Positions 26,396 through 38,161 of a DNA stretch of 64,000 nucleotides are shown piece after piece. The translations under genes were made by a program, and so were the position numbers. The notes beneath the pieces are model-generated. The model was not told the origin of the DNA. It was given only the letters and a program-made list of their open reading frames with translations, and searched no databases. Each line of letters opens with the position of its first letter. Position 1 is the stretch's first letter. Origin of the DNA: Mobula hypostoma (taxonomy: Eukaryota). The stretch is from contig NC_086118.1 in the NCBI RefSeq assembly GCF_963921235.1, positions 24,306,001 through 24,370,000 of the forward strand, written 5' to 3'.

Positions 26396-26960
26396 GAGGA
26401 TGGTAGTGAATACTGTTAGCTCGGGTTGAAGCATTCACCGAGCTTGGCAATTAGCTTACAGATGTTTCATCACCAGTTGAGGTGATGTCCTCGGCGTGCA
26501 GTTGTTGGTTTTTCTCTCTGGGAGTGCTCAAGTTTATATTTGCCCTTATTTGCTTACCTCAGTCCTGATTGGCTACCCCTTCATTGACACTCGAATTCTT
26601 TTGGCTTGCGTTTCTTTGGCTCTTGGGCATTCTAGGTGGCGTCAATTTTGATATGTTTGTTTATGGAGTTATCAGAAGAGAACCACACTTCTAGAAGTTC
26701 TTGTGTCTGCCTCATATTTGCCCGCATCCGAACCTCCATGGTGCCCCAGTTAAAGTGGTGTCCTTTTGGACATCAGCAACAGTGGATTGTGTCTCTCTAC
26801 TGCCAGTTTGTGTTCCCGTAGACGAGTTGAGAGTTTACGTCTTGTCTGCCCTTCATAATTCTTGTTGCAGTCTCCACAGGTGATCCTGTACACTACAGTG
26901 CTTTTGTCAGTTGTCTTTAAGTCAGGGATAGGCCAAACCCTTGTTGAGTGATCCAAGAGG
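26395..26960 (-). mobile_element. Second PLE family (Poseidon-like) 3' fragment
   Basis: DKSTVVYRITCGDCNKNYEGQTRRKLSTRLREHK (GIY-YIG variant), frameshifted into HHFNW...LEVWFSSDNSINKHI; decayed hammerhead at 26455-26500. Confidence 0.8.
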
Positions 26961-27625
26961 GTACTGGTGCAGCGATATCCCTGTAAGTTGCTTTCCTGCT
27001 GAACCTTTTTGTCCTCTCAGCTAACTGCTAATCTACTTCTACCTTTCATGAAAAACTCTGGGAAATTGACACAAAATCTGTTTAGGAATTGTTCCCCTTT
27101 ATTTCATGTGTCATATGTTTTTAATGCATGTGCGAAACAGATTTAAGTGATGGTGCTGGGCAGATTTCCATTAGTGTCCATCTTTTTTAGTCTTTCAGCA
27201 TCAAGAAAAATCAATTTAAGCATGGAAGTACATCAGAACAAGGAACTATCCGTTATTTTCAGAAATCTAATTCACAGTATGAAATATAGCAGAACTGTGT
27301 TTAGTGACCAAATGGCAAATGGAAACAAGACAAACAGTCCAAGTTCCTGTGCATGACTTTCACTGTTCCCTTCAAACTGCACGGATGCCCAGTTACACAG
27401 TAACTATGGGTGCACCTGCACACATAGCCTTTGTTGTTGTGTAGCTGGAATTTTCCTTTATATAATGTTAATTTAATTTTGAAATATATGTTAATATGAT
27501 TGTGAAATAATCTGTAATTAATTGTGCTAATAAATATAATCCATAAATTTTATAAATAATAAATATACCAGAATCTTTACTTTTTAGAGCTTCAATGTAT
27601 TTACATTATCAGTGTTTCAAGTTAC

Positions 27626-27677
27626 TACTCCTACTATTACGTCAACTCAGGCCTAGGGTCCGGCGCCGGGCAAAAAT
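27626..27677 (-). mobile_element. 52-bp extreme 3' tail of a non-LTR element (RTE-like)
   Basis: 13-bp TSD TGTTTCAAGTTAC at 27613-27625 and 27678-27690; minus strand ends GGCCTGAGTTGACGTAATAGTAGGAGTA. Confidence 0.7.
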
Positions 27678-28135
27678 TGTTTCAAGTTACAATACTTTTA
27701 CAAATTGTAACAATAAACACTGAATGGAATATGACAGCTCATTGTTAATAAAGTGGTGGCCTGCTGCACGCCAACGCCACCTACTCAAAATATTTTATTT
27801 TCACCACTGTGCCTGTCAGTTGTTTTGACTGCCTGACATTGTTTACTTGTGTAGTGAGCTGTGGTATGTGTTTGATTGACGTGAAATATTCTATCTTCAG
27901 ACCTTTTTGATTTGAGATCAAAAGTATGAAATTTTTCAATTTTTATTCTAATATTCATAGTATACGTATTGCAAAAACAAAACATTTGAAGTGCTGCACA
28001 AGTTTCAGACCGTGTAAAGATTACTTGCTGAAAGCAATGGTTGGTCTACACAGAGGGAATAGTGATATCTTTCCATTTCCTTTCAGTGGTGAAGCAGCAA
28101 TAAACAGAATATCTAGTTTGGTTTCAGTATATATA

Positions 28136-28689
28136 CATTCAGTAGACACTTCATTATGTACAGCCTGTTCACCTGCTCTTCAATGCAAATATCTATCAGC
28201 CAACCATGTGGTAACAATTCAACGCATAAAAGCATTCCAGTATGGTGAAGTAGTTCAGCTTTTCTTTAGACTAACCATCAAAATGGGAATGACGTGTGAT
28301 CTAAGTGACTTTGACTATGGAATGATTGCTAGTGCCAGATGGGATGGTTTGAGTATCTTAAAATCTGCTGATCTCGTGGGATTTTCTTGTATGACAGTCT
28401 CCAGAGTACAGAGAATGCTATGAAAAACAAAATATCCAGTGAGCAGCAGTTCTGTTTGCAAAAACACCTTGTTTTTGAGAGAGGTCAGCGGAGAATAGAC
28501 AGAGTGGTTCAAGCTGACAGGAAGGTAACATTAACTCAAGTAACCATGTGTTGTAACAGTGCAGTGCAGAAGAACGCACAAAAAGTTGAATTGTGAAGTG
28601 GATGGCTGTAGCAGCAGAAGACCACAAACTTACACTCAATGGTCACTTTATTAGGTACAGAAGGTATCTAATAAAGTGGCCACTGAGGG
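28136..28689 (+). mobile_element. Non-autonomous Tc1/mariner DNA transposon
   Basis: TA-flanked TIRs of the CACTCAGTGGCCACTTTATTAG type; HTH N-terminus MGMTCDLSDFDYGMIASARWDGLSILKSADLVGFSCMTVSRV; catalytic domain deleted. Confidence 0.85.
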
Positions 28690-28749
28690 TAGATGTACCG
28701 ATTAACAAATACCTCTAGATGCTGACTAGCAAAAGGCCAACAATCAGGG

Positions 28750-28978
28750 TGTGGTAAACCATATATATGTTGTAACTGGGTTAACTGTCTGGACACGCCT
28801 CTCTGCTGACTGCCCCTGTGATTCTTCCCTCAGATTCCTGAATAAAGGTGATTTCGCCCTGCTCCTCCCCCTCAGTCTGGGGGTAGACACTCAGCATGGA
28901 GGTCGTATTGTACAGCGAATAAAAGCCTTTCAGCATTTTACCCAACTTCAGTCTTTTGGAGTTATTGAAGGTGCTTCA
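28750..28978 (+). repeat. 5' LTR
   Basis: TGTGGTAAACC...GAAGGTGCTTCA, direct repeat of 32966-33192; contains AATAAA. Confidence 0.95.
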
Positions 28979-28979
28979 A

Positions 28980-28993
28980 TTTTATTCGCTGTA
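28980..28993 (+). promoter_or_regulatory. Non-tRNA primer-binding site candidate (self-complementary to the LTR)
   Basis: TTTTATTCGCTGTA is the exact reverse complement of LTR 28911-28924 TACAGCGAATAAAA; no TGG-initiated tRNA PBS. Confidence 0.7.
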
Positions 28994-29004
28994 AATCTTA
29001 AAGC

Positions 29005-32000
29005 ATGGAACACGCACTGAGACCTGATAAGTTAGGCCTCGATCCGCAAACGCCTGAAGCTGGAAACGCTTTCGAACTCTGGCTGGCCTGCTTTGAAGCG
29101 TACCTAGAGGAGATTAAAGCGACCGACCCCGTAGCGAAGCGCAGAATTCTACTCTCCAGGGTCAGTCCACAAGTCTATTCGCTGATCAGAGACCAGCCAA
29201 GCTACAACGGCGTGATAAGTGCCCTCAAAGAACAATACCTGCGGCCGATAAACAGTATCTACGCGTGACATCGCTTAGCGACACGGCAACAATGGCCCGG
29301 GGAATCGAGTGCTGAGTTCGTCCAGGCCCTACGGACACTCGTGCGAGCCTGCAATTGCCAGGAGCTGATGGCGGCGCAGCATGCAGAACTCCTAGTGAGA
29401 GACGCCTTCGTTACGGGGACCAGGTCAGTGTACGTGCGCCAGCGGCTGCTGGAAAAAGCTGACCTTACCTTATGTTCGGCGATCGAGCTGGCCGATACGC
29501 TGGAGGCTGCTCTGCATTACTCGGAGGCTCTCCAGGCACGCGATCCCCCGATGGCCTCGTGGGCGCCGCAGACCCCACAACCCGCCAGCGAATCGACCAC
29601 GGCTGCTGCCAGTCATGAGTCCGCGAAGTGTTACTTCTGCGGACTGGAGAAGCACCCCCGGAAACGCTGCGCGGCACAACAAGCTACCTGCTCCAGCTGG
29701 GGAAATAAGGGCCACTTCGCCAAGGGCTGTAAGTTCAAAACGCGAGTGGGCTCGAGCAGTGCCATGTGCGAGACATGGGGGTCGACATCTTGCCTGCCAC
29801 CATCTTCCCTGCACGCCGCCACCATGTGCGAGACATGGGGGTGGCCATCTTGGTCGGCGCCACCTCCCACCGCCTACGACCAACAGGTGCTCACGGGGCA
29901 CCCCACCGCACCGGACCAAGACAGTGACTCAACCCTGGCCTCCGTGACACTCAACCAAAGCGCTCCCCACCAGCTCGCAAGGTCAATGATGAACATCCTG
30001 GTGGAGGGGCACAGGACAAGCTGCCTGTTTGACACAGGCCGCACGGAGAGTTTTATCCACCTGGACATGATGCAGCATTGCGGACTTGTGATACGGCTGG
30101 TAAGTCAGAGGGTTGCCATGGTTTCCGGGTCACATACAACAGACATCCAGGGGGGTTGTGTAGCGACACTAGTGGTGCAGGACACAGAATATCAAGACTT
30201 TACATTACTGGTCTTGCCTCAACTGTGTGCCCCTGTGCTGTTGGGGTTGGACTTCCAGAGCCACCTGAAAAGCGTGACAATGAAGTATGATGGGCCCCTC
30301 CTGCCAATTACTGTCATAAATCCCCTGTTTTGTAGAGATATGTCACGTACCCCGCTACTGAACACACACACACACCGACCTGCGCATCCCACCCAACATC
30401 ATGCCAACTGCCACACTACCGACACCACTTGCAGCCTCTCCACCCTCAGGATCCCTCCCCCACCGCTGTTCGCCAACCTGACCCCCGACTGTAAACCTGT
30501 GGCAACTAAAAGCAGGAGGTACAGCGCGGGGGACAGAGCCTTCATTAAGTCGGAGGTGCAGCGGCTGCTCAGGGAGGGGGTCATTGAGGCAAGCACAAGT
30601 CCTTGGAGGGCCCAGGTGGTCGTTGTTCGGAACGGGGAGAAGAATAGGATGGTCGTGGACTATAGCCAGACCAACAATAGGTTCACGCAGCTCGACGCGT
30701 ACCCTTTACCCTGCATCGCAGATATGGTCAATCAGATAGCACAGTACAAGGTGTACTCGACCATAGACCTAAAATCCGCTTACCATCAGCTCCCCATCCG
30801 CCGGGAGGACTGCCCTTACGCCGCCTTCAATGCGGACAGCAGACTTTATCAATTCCTGCCCGTCCCCTTCGGTGTCACGAATGGTGTACCTGTCTTCCAG
30901 AGGACAATGGACCAGATGGTGGACCAGTGCCAACTGAAGGCCACATTCCCATATCTGGATAACATCACCATCTGCGGTCACGACCGGCAGGATCACGACA
31001 AGAACCTCCAAAAATTTCTCCAAGCGGCCAAAGCTTTCAACCTCACCTATAACAAGGACAAGTGTGTATTCGGGATCACCCAACTTGCTATCCTTGGGTG
31101 TGTCGTGGAGAACGGAGTCATTGGCCCTGACTCTGACCGTATGCGTCCCCTGTTGGAACTCCCTCTTCCCAACACCCTCAGAGCCCTCAAAAGGTGCCTG
31201 GGCTTATTTTCGTATTACGCCCAATGGGTCTCTAACTACGCAGACAAGGCCCTCACCCTGGTCAAGTCCACCACATTCCAGCTCTCAGCCGAGGCCCGCG
31301 CGGCCTTCAGCCGCATAAAAGGAGACATTACCAAAGCAGCAATGCATGCGGTGGATGAGGCCATTCCCTTCCAAGTGGAGAGTGACACCTCCAACTTTGC
31401 GCTGGCTGCTACCCTCAACCAGGCTGGAAGACTGGTGGCGTTCTTCTCCCGTACTCTTCAAGGCCCTGAAATTCGGCACTCCGCGGTGGAGAAAGAGGCC
31501 CAGGCCATAGTGGAAGCTATTAGGCACTGGAGGCACTATCTTGCCGGCAAAAGGTTCACCCTGCTAACTGACCAGCGCTCAGTCGCATTCATGTTTAATA
31601 ACCAACAGCGGGGCAAAATCAAAAATGATAAAATTCTGAGGTGGAGAATCGAACTCTCCACCTACAATTATGACATCATGTACAGGCCTGGGAAGCTCAA
31701 CGAGCCCTCCGATGCCCTATCCCGGGGAACGTGCGCCAACGCGCAGATCGACTGGCTATATGCCCTACATGTAGATCTTTGCCACCCGGGAGTCACCCAA
31801 CTTTTCCACTTGGTGAAAGCCCGGAACCTGCCTTACTCCCTCGAGGAGATCAGGATGATGACCAGGGACTGCCAAGTCTGCGCAGAGTGCAAACCGCACT
31901 TCTACCGACCTGAAAAGGCACAGCTCATCAAGGCCACCCGCCCTTTTGAGTGACTGAGTGTCGACTTTAAGGGCCCCCTTCCCTCCACCGACCGCAATGT

Positions 32001-32896
32001 GTACTTTCTTAACGTAATCGACGAGTACTCACGGTTCCCCTTCGCCATCCCCTGCCCCGACACCACTACCACGTCAGTTATAAAAGCCCTGTGCAAGCTC
32101 TTCACTCTGTTCGGATACTCATGCTATATCCACAGTGACAGAGGGTCCTTGTTTATGAGTGACGAGATGCGCCAATACTTACTGGCTAGGGGAATTGCAA
32201 CCAGTAGGACCACGAGCTATAATCCCCGGGGGAATGGACAGGTAGAGAAGGAGAATGGCACGGTGTGGAAAGCCACACTCTTAGCCCTCAGGTCAAAGGG
32301 ACTGCCGGTCTCCCGCTGGCAGGAGGTCCTTCCTGATGGCACTCCACTCCATCCGCTCCCTGTTATGCACGGCCACCAATGCCACCCCTCATGAGCGGCT
32401 CTTTTCTTTTCCCAGAAAGTCGACAACGGGAGCCACCCTACCAACTTGGCTGACGTCCCCGGGGCCAGTGCTGCTCCGGAAACATGCGAGGAGCCATAAA
32501 TACTCCCCGATAGTCGAGAGGGTTCACTTACTTCATGTGAACCCCCAGTATGCCTACGTGGTTTTACCTGATGGGCTGGAGGACACGGTCTCCATCCGCA
32601 ACCTGGCACCCGCAGGAGCACCGGGCCCCTACCCTGAACACTCCGTGGTGACTATTAACTCTGTACCCATCGATGTATGTACCCACAAGACACCGCGCAC
32701 TCCAAACCCTACCCAGACACCACACGGCACTCCCATACCGGGCGTGACGCACACACACGAGGGATTACCAACGCCTAACGTGCTGGCACCTCAAGTCAGG
32801 CCGGAGCCAGTACAACCGCTGTCGCCGATGCAATCACCACCGGTGCTACATAGGTCACAGCGACGGACTCGACCGCCTGATAGACTGAACCTGTAA
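29005..32896 (+). pseudogene. Gypsy gag-pol polyprotein with two in-frame TGA stops (29266-68, 31951-53) and a frameshift near 32338
   Basis: Zn knuckle CYFCGLEKHPRKRC; protease LFDTG; RT PFGVTNG...YLDN; RNase H ESDTS...EKEA...LTDQ; integrase HVDLCH...CQVC, VDFKG, HSDRG, GQVEKEN. Confidence 0.93.
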
Positions 32897-32947
32897 ATAT
32901 ACTTCTTGTAAATATTGTCAGTCACTTCACCCCGCGGAACTCTTTTT

Positions 32948-32965
32948 AAAAAAAGGAGGGGTGAA
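32948..32965 (+). promoter_or_regulatory. Polypurine tract
   Basis: AAAAAAAGGAGGGGTGAA immediately before the 3' LTR. Confidence 0.85.
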
Positions 32966-33192
32966 TGTGGTAAACCATATATATGTTGTAACTGGGTAAC
33001 CTGTCTGGACACACCCCTCTGCTGACTGCCCCTGTGGCTCCTCCCACCGAATCCTGTATAAAGGTGTTCGCCTTGCCCCTCCCCATCAGTCTGGGGGCAG
33101 ACACTCACTGTGGAGGTCGTATTGTACAACGAATAAAAGCCTCTCAGTAGTTTACCAAACCTCAGTCTTTTGGAGTTATTGAAGGTGCTTCA
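32966..33192 (+). repeat. 3' LTR
   Basis: Direct repeat of 28750-28978; TATA-like TGTATAAAG. Confidence 0.95.
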
Positions 33193-33486
33193 CAGGGCTA
33201 GTTCAGAGATGACATAGTTCATCATTCAACTTCAAGTAGCTACATAAAATTTGTAAAATATTTTCTAACTATTTGTATCTGATATCATGCTGGCAGCTTT
33301 GCTGTTGGATGTTCACGTGTTGCTTGTAGGGAGCCACGGTGTAGAAGTGGCAACTCTGCAAATCTTAAGCACGTCTATTGCTACAATGGCAGCAGAATTG
33401 CAAGAATTAACAATGAAGATATCTAACATTTTGGATTGTTCACTTCAACTTATTTTCCAAATTTTCCATAGAGTAAGTTCACACGT

Positions 33487-33830
33487 TTAGACCATAAGAC
33501 CATAGGATATAGGAGCAGAATTAGGCCATTTGGCCAATCGAGTCTGCTCCATCATTTCATCATGACTGATCCATTTTCCCTTCAGCCCCAGTCTCCTGCC
33601 TCCACCCCACCCCTGTACCCATTTATGCCCTAACCAATCAAGAATGTATACTTAAGGAACTGGCCTCTACAGCTGCACGTGGCAACAAACTCCTTACTAC
33701 TCTCTGGCTAAAGAAATTCCTCCTCATCTCTATTCTAAATGGACATCCCTCTTTTCTGAGGCTGTGACCTCTGGTCTTAGACAATCCCACCATAGGAAAC
33801 ATCCTCTTGACATCCACGCTATCAAGGCCT
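33487..33830 (-). mobile_element. CR1 3' fragment
   Basis: (TATGGTCT)n tail read as AGACCATAAGACCATAG; same UTR type as 61838-62776. Confidence 0.8.
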
Positions 33831-33954
33831 TTTATGCAAGAAATTGATTTTTATAGGATTTATCCATCTATTAGCATTATTTAATAAATATTATAATGTG
33901 CTAGAAACCTAATGAAGTATACAAATATTGTGATTGAAGATTACATTCAAGGAT

Positions 33955-34175
33955 TAACAATCTGCTTGAGGTATTCAGTGGGTCAAGCAGCATGAATTGT
34001 TAACGTTTCAGGTCAATGCCCCACATTGGGACTGAATACCCAGTCCTGATGCAGAATTTCAACCAGGAATGTGGATGATTCCTTTTCCTCTCACAGATGC
34101 TACTCCTGCTCCTGATTTCCTCCAGCAGATTTTTTTTTGTTGCTCCTGATCCAGGATCTGCAGCCTCTTGCAGAT
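33955..34175. mobile_element. Old PLE pseudo-LTR foldback
   Basis: AACAATCTGCTTGAGG versus CCTCCAGCAGATTTT arms; GGACTG/CAGTCC centre; CTGATG core remnant. Confidence 0.55.
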
Positions 34176-34229
34176 TTCAGGATTGTTTTACCATCTCCCA
34201 GAATTATAGATTTATTTTTAGGAGACTAA

Positions 34230-37200
34230 TGGATGCTTCAAGAAGGCAACATTCATCACCAAAGACCATCATCATCCCGGACATGGCGTCTTCACTTTAC
34301 TACCATTGGGGAGGAGATACAGGGGCCTGAAGACCCACAGTCAAGATTTTAAGAACTGTTTCTTCCCTTCTGAACAGTTCATGTCCATTATTTGTCTTCT
34401 GCCCTACTTATTTATTTTTGTAACGTGCAGTATCGTAATTTTTATGTCTTACACTGTATAGGATTTTGTGAATAAAACATGTGAGAGCCATTTTAATGTG
34501 CTTCAGAAAAGCTTCAGCCATTTACTTCCATTATGAGCAAACTAAAAGCAGTCACCTTACACTGACATCACTACATCAGGCACTGTCTCTTAAAGTGAAC
34601 ACAACAGCTCAGTGAGGGTGTCTGTGAATTTTGTAGGCCGTTTTCTATATGAACAATACGTGTCATCAGTCACCCATTATATTATTCACCAAAACCGGCA
34701 TTGTGAATGTGTCCGGAGCTGGTATGAGCTGCTCAGTTTGGCTGTCATGTTCCTCAGTTAGAGTAACAGCCGGTGCCTCTGACTCATCCAGGGCTGTGTT
34801 GTCACGCACATGGTCATTCTGTGATGCGGGGGGGGGGGTGTAGTGGAACCACCCAGGTCTTAGTGGGCTGGTTTAAGGAGAACTACAGAAATTCATTCCG
34901 GTTTACCTTTCCTAAATACAGTAAACGTCTTTTTGCCACATTCCAAACTGCAGAACAGGCTATTGTAAGGGGGCTTAAGGTGGTGCTAACGTGCATCATT
35001 GCAGACAAAAATGAATGAGATAGAACGTAGGTCAACTGGACCTCATGATGGGAGGTAGCAATATGTGTAAAAGAACTGAGTTTACTGAGGAGGGTGAAAT
35101 GTTGCTGAGATACCAACCAGGCAGTTGTAATGTCAAGAACAAATTCACCCGGCACCTGTAGTGTCTGCCTGTACACCAGCTCAGCTGTGGAGGGATGCAG
35201 ATTCTCTTTTAGAGCCGTTCTGAGCCCTCAGGAGATGACCATGCCAACACTCGTCCATCAGAGAGGCCCTCAGAGAAGCCTTTAAGGAACAGTGAAACTG
35301 CTTGCACAGGCTATTGGACAGTGGGTGATATAGCACAGTGTGATGCAATTTAATGCAGTAGTTCTGGGCTATTGCGGCCTAGAGGTCGGATGTGAATTGG
35401 GGACCATGGTTGGAAGAAACAGCAGACGGGGAGATGAACCGAGCAGCCCAGGTTCAACATACCGAAAAACTTTTGCAGTGCCTTGCTAGAGCAGGCCAGT
35501 GGAATGTCCATAATTGCGGTGACTTTTGACCGCAGGGGTCTTGCACCTACAGCGGAGATGCGGTGGCCGAGAAAGTCATTAGTAGACAACCTGAACTGGC
35601 ACTTATCAGGGTTAATAATCAGCCGAAGCAGTCAAAAAGTGTGCAGAGATGTGATTTAAGCCCCCTTACAATAGATGTGATGGGTTTGGATGTGCTAGTG
35701 ACAAGTGCATCTTCCAGGTAAACAAAAAGAAAATCTAAGTCTTTTAACACAGAGTCCATTAGTCACTGGAAAGACTTTACTGCATTTTTCAGCCCAAATG
35801 GCATACGCTAAAACTCAACTCTGCAAAATGGGGTTATATCAGCAGTTTTGGGAATGCCATCAGTGCACATAGGTACCTGATAGCTGCTCCTGACAAAGTC
35901 CACTTTAGAAGAAATTATCTTTCTGACTAAACATGCTGAAAAGTCCTGAATATGTGGCACTAGGTAATAGCTGGGGGCGGTGGCTTTGTTAAGGTGGTGG
36001 TAATCGCTGTATGGACTGAAACCACTAGTTTAGGAACTACGTGGAGGGGTGAAGTCCAAGGGCTATTCGACCTGCGTACAATTCCAAGCTCTTCCATGTG
36101 AGCAAACTCAGGCTTCACTCTAGTCTGCTATTCTGAGTCCAACCTGCGCTCACAGGCCTGAACCAGCGAGCCAGTTGTGGAAAGGTGCTCACCCATGCTT
36201 TGTGACTGCAGTTGAGAATTTAGGCTCTGTGAGGTTTGGGAGTGTGTTGAGAAGGCTAGTGAATTCACATGTGGTGGTGCGTGCACTAGATATAATCATC
36301 ATGGGGAACTTACTGGAGATACAGGTTAATGACCTAAAGTGCTTTGCTTTCACTAGCTGACAGTTCTTAGGATCTGTTAACTGTCCTTTGGCGCACAGAA
36401 AATCTACGTCAAGCTGAGGTCTAGATACTTGACCACTGAAGCTGCATCACGCATCGTGTCCCATATGTTCAGATCCTGCTCCTGTTGGCAGCCTTCAGTG
36501 AGAGTCCGTCACTCTGTGCCTTATAATCAACGGGCGATTCTGGCAGTACGTTCACTTGAGTGCCTGTGTCACCCGGGAAGCATTACCCTGAAAGGGTGTC
36601 TGTAATGAACAATAGACGACCCTGACAGCTGGAACCCACGGTGTTCACAGACCTCCAATATCCCTGACGCACTGTCAAAGCTGCATAGTGGTCAGCATTT
36701 CTTGGCATTCGTGGCAAAGCATGCATGATAAAACTATGGTCACAGTGTTATCTGGTTCACAGCCACGAGCATGAGTCTTCGAAGGCTCTGATGACAGGGC
36801 TTATCGAGAAAGGGAAGGGAGGAGGGACAATGAACCTTTTCCTGGCTGACTGAAGACTATCAGCCATTTTAGCAAGCTCCCTATTATCCTTAACACGTAT
36901 ATTAGTGAGGGCTGTGTGAACTTGATCAGGCATTTGTTGCATGAGGAGTTCATTAAAAATAAAACAAGAATGGTGATTGCCCAGGAAAGATAGGATGTGG
37001 ACCATTAGTTTTGAAGAGCTAATGTCACCCAGGCCAGGCAAGAAAAGCAACTATTCGGCACTCTCAGACTCGCACAATCCAGGAAGTGAGTTCTCAGAGT
37101 GACACATTGATCATGAGCAGGTGTGTCTTCTGATCGACTTACCACTCTAGCTGCAGTGGAACAACTTAGTAAGGCTATGATGTCGAAAAGTTTGGTATTG

Positions 37201-37645
37201 TTTGCTGTGACCTGCCACAGTGCCAACTGGGCTTCCACCTGTGCAAACTACGTAGTGGCATGCCGCTGCCAAAACTCCAGCAACTTCAAAACGACTTCAT
37301 TGGTTGACCTGTTGTTGAGTAACTCTGGGCTCATCCAAGAGTGCCAGGTCACTGATGCAGGATTTTGTGAATAAAACGTGCAAGAGTCGTTTTATGTGCT
37401 TAACAAAAGCCGCAGCCCTTTACTTCCATTACGAATAAGTTGCCTTCCACTGACGTCACCACATCAGGCACCATCTCTTAAAGTGAACACAACAACGCAA
37501 CGATGGTGCTTGTGGATTATGTAGAACAGTTTCTAAATGAACAATATCTGTCATCTGTCACCCATTATTTTACCCGCCAACTGCGCTGCTACCACTAAGT
37601 AACAAATTTCATGCCATATGTCAGTGATTCAGACTCTGAATCTGA
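34230..37645 (+). mobile_element. Rex/Babar LINE 3' end split by the Gypsy insertion (34230-34456 and about 37580-37645)
   Basis: GGAGGAGATACAGGGGCCTGAAGACCCAC before; AACAAATTTCATGCCATATGTCAGTGAT...CTGA tail after. Confidence 0.7.
34457..37579 (-). mobile_element. Degenerate, internally deleted Gypsy element (CsRn1-like)
   Basis: Direct LTRs at about 34457-34680 and 37356-37579; minus-strand gag (FAQVEAQLALWQVT), RT (FLGHRISAVG...LQKFFGMLN) and IN C-terminus (QTLQVPGEF); PBS-like TCAGTGACC; possible ACTG TSD. Confidence 0.85.
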
Positions 37646-37957
37646 TATTGTTGGTACCAGACTTGTAGAAAAACAAATGGGGAATTAAAACAATTATGCT
37701 TCTTTCCATTCATTTTCTTTGAATGCTACTCTTCATTGGTTATAAGAAATTATCCTTTGGGGATAAACAAGTGCTTGACAATTAGAAGCAAGGTCATGTG
37801 ATTGAAAACTCCATGAGGACTTCCAGCTGCAGTTGGCAACACTCAAACATACTGAAATACAACTCTTACTCAAGATCAAAAATGAAATAAGCTTGACCTG
37901 AACTGAATACAATTGGTCCAGAGTTAGACAATGGACCACAATACAATGGGCACAGGG

Positions 37958-38161
37958 TAAACATGAGGAATTCTGCAGATGCTGGAAATTCAAACCACAT
38001 ACATCAAAGTTGCTGGTGGACGCAGCAGGCCAGGTACAGTCGACGTTTCGGGCCAAGACCCTTCGTCAGGATGAAGGGTCTCGGCCCCAAATGTCGACTG
38101 TACCTCTTCCTAGAGATGCTGCCTGGCCTGCTGCATCCACCAGCAACTTTGATGTGTGTGG
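37958..38161. mobile_element. PLE pseudo-LTR foldback mini-element
   Basis: 14-bp TSD CAATGGGCACAGGG at 37944-37957 and 38162-38175; inverted arms centred near 38070. Confidence 0.9.

Larger units (their letters stand above)
28750..33192 (+). mobile_element. Full-length Ty3/Gypsy LTR retrotransposon
   Basis: LTRs 28750-28978 and 32966-33192 (TG...CA); 5-bp TSD CAGGG at 28745-28749 and 33193-33197; domain order gag-PR-RT-RH-IN; PPT present. Confidence 0.97.

Noticed and set aside
29761..29853. 60-bp-period duplication in gag (AMCETWG/TMCETWG)
   Set aside because: Ordinary in-frame duplication in the variable gag-protease linker
34827..34846. G-run plus TGTAGTGG as the PPT/LTR start of another element
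   Set aside because: Lies inside the minus-strand integrase tail of the CsRn1-like element; no matching second LTR
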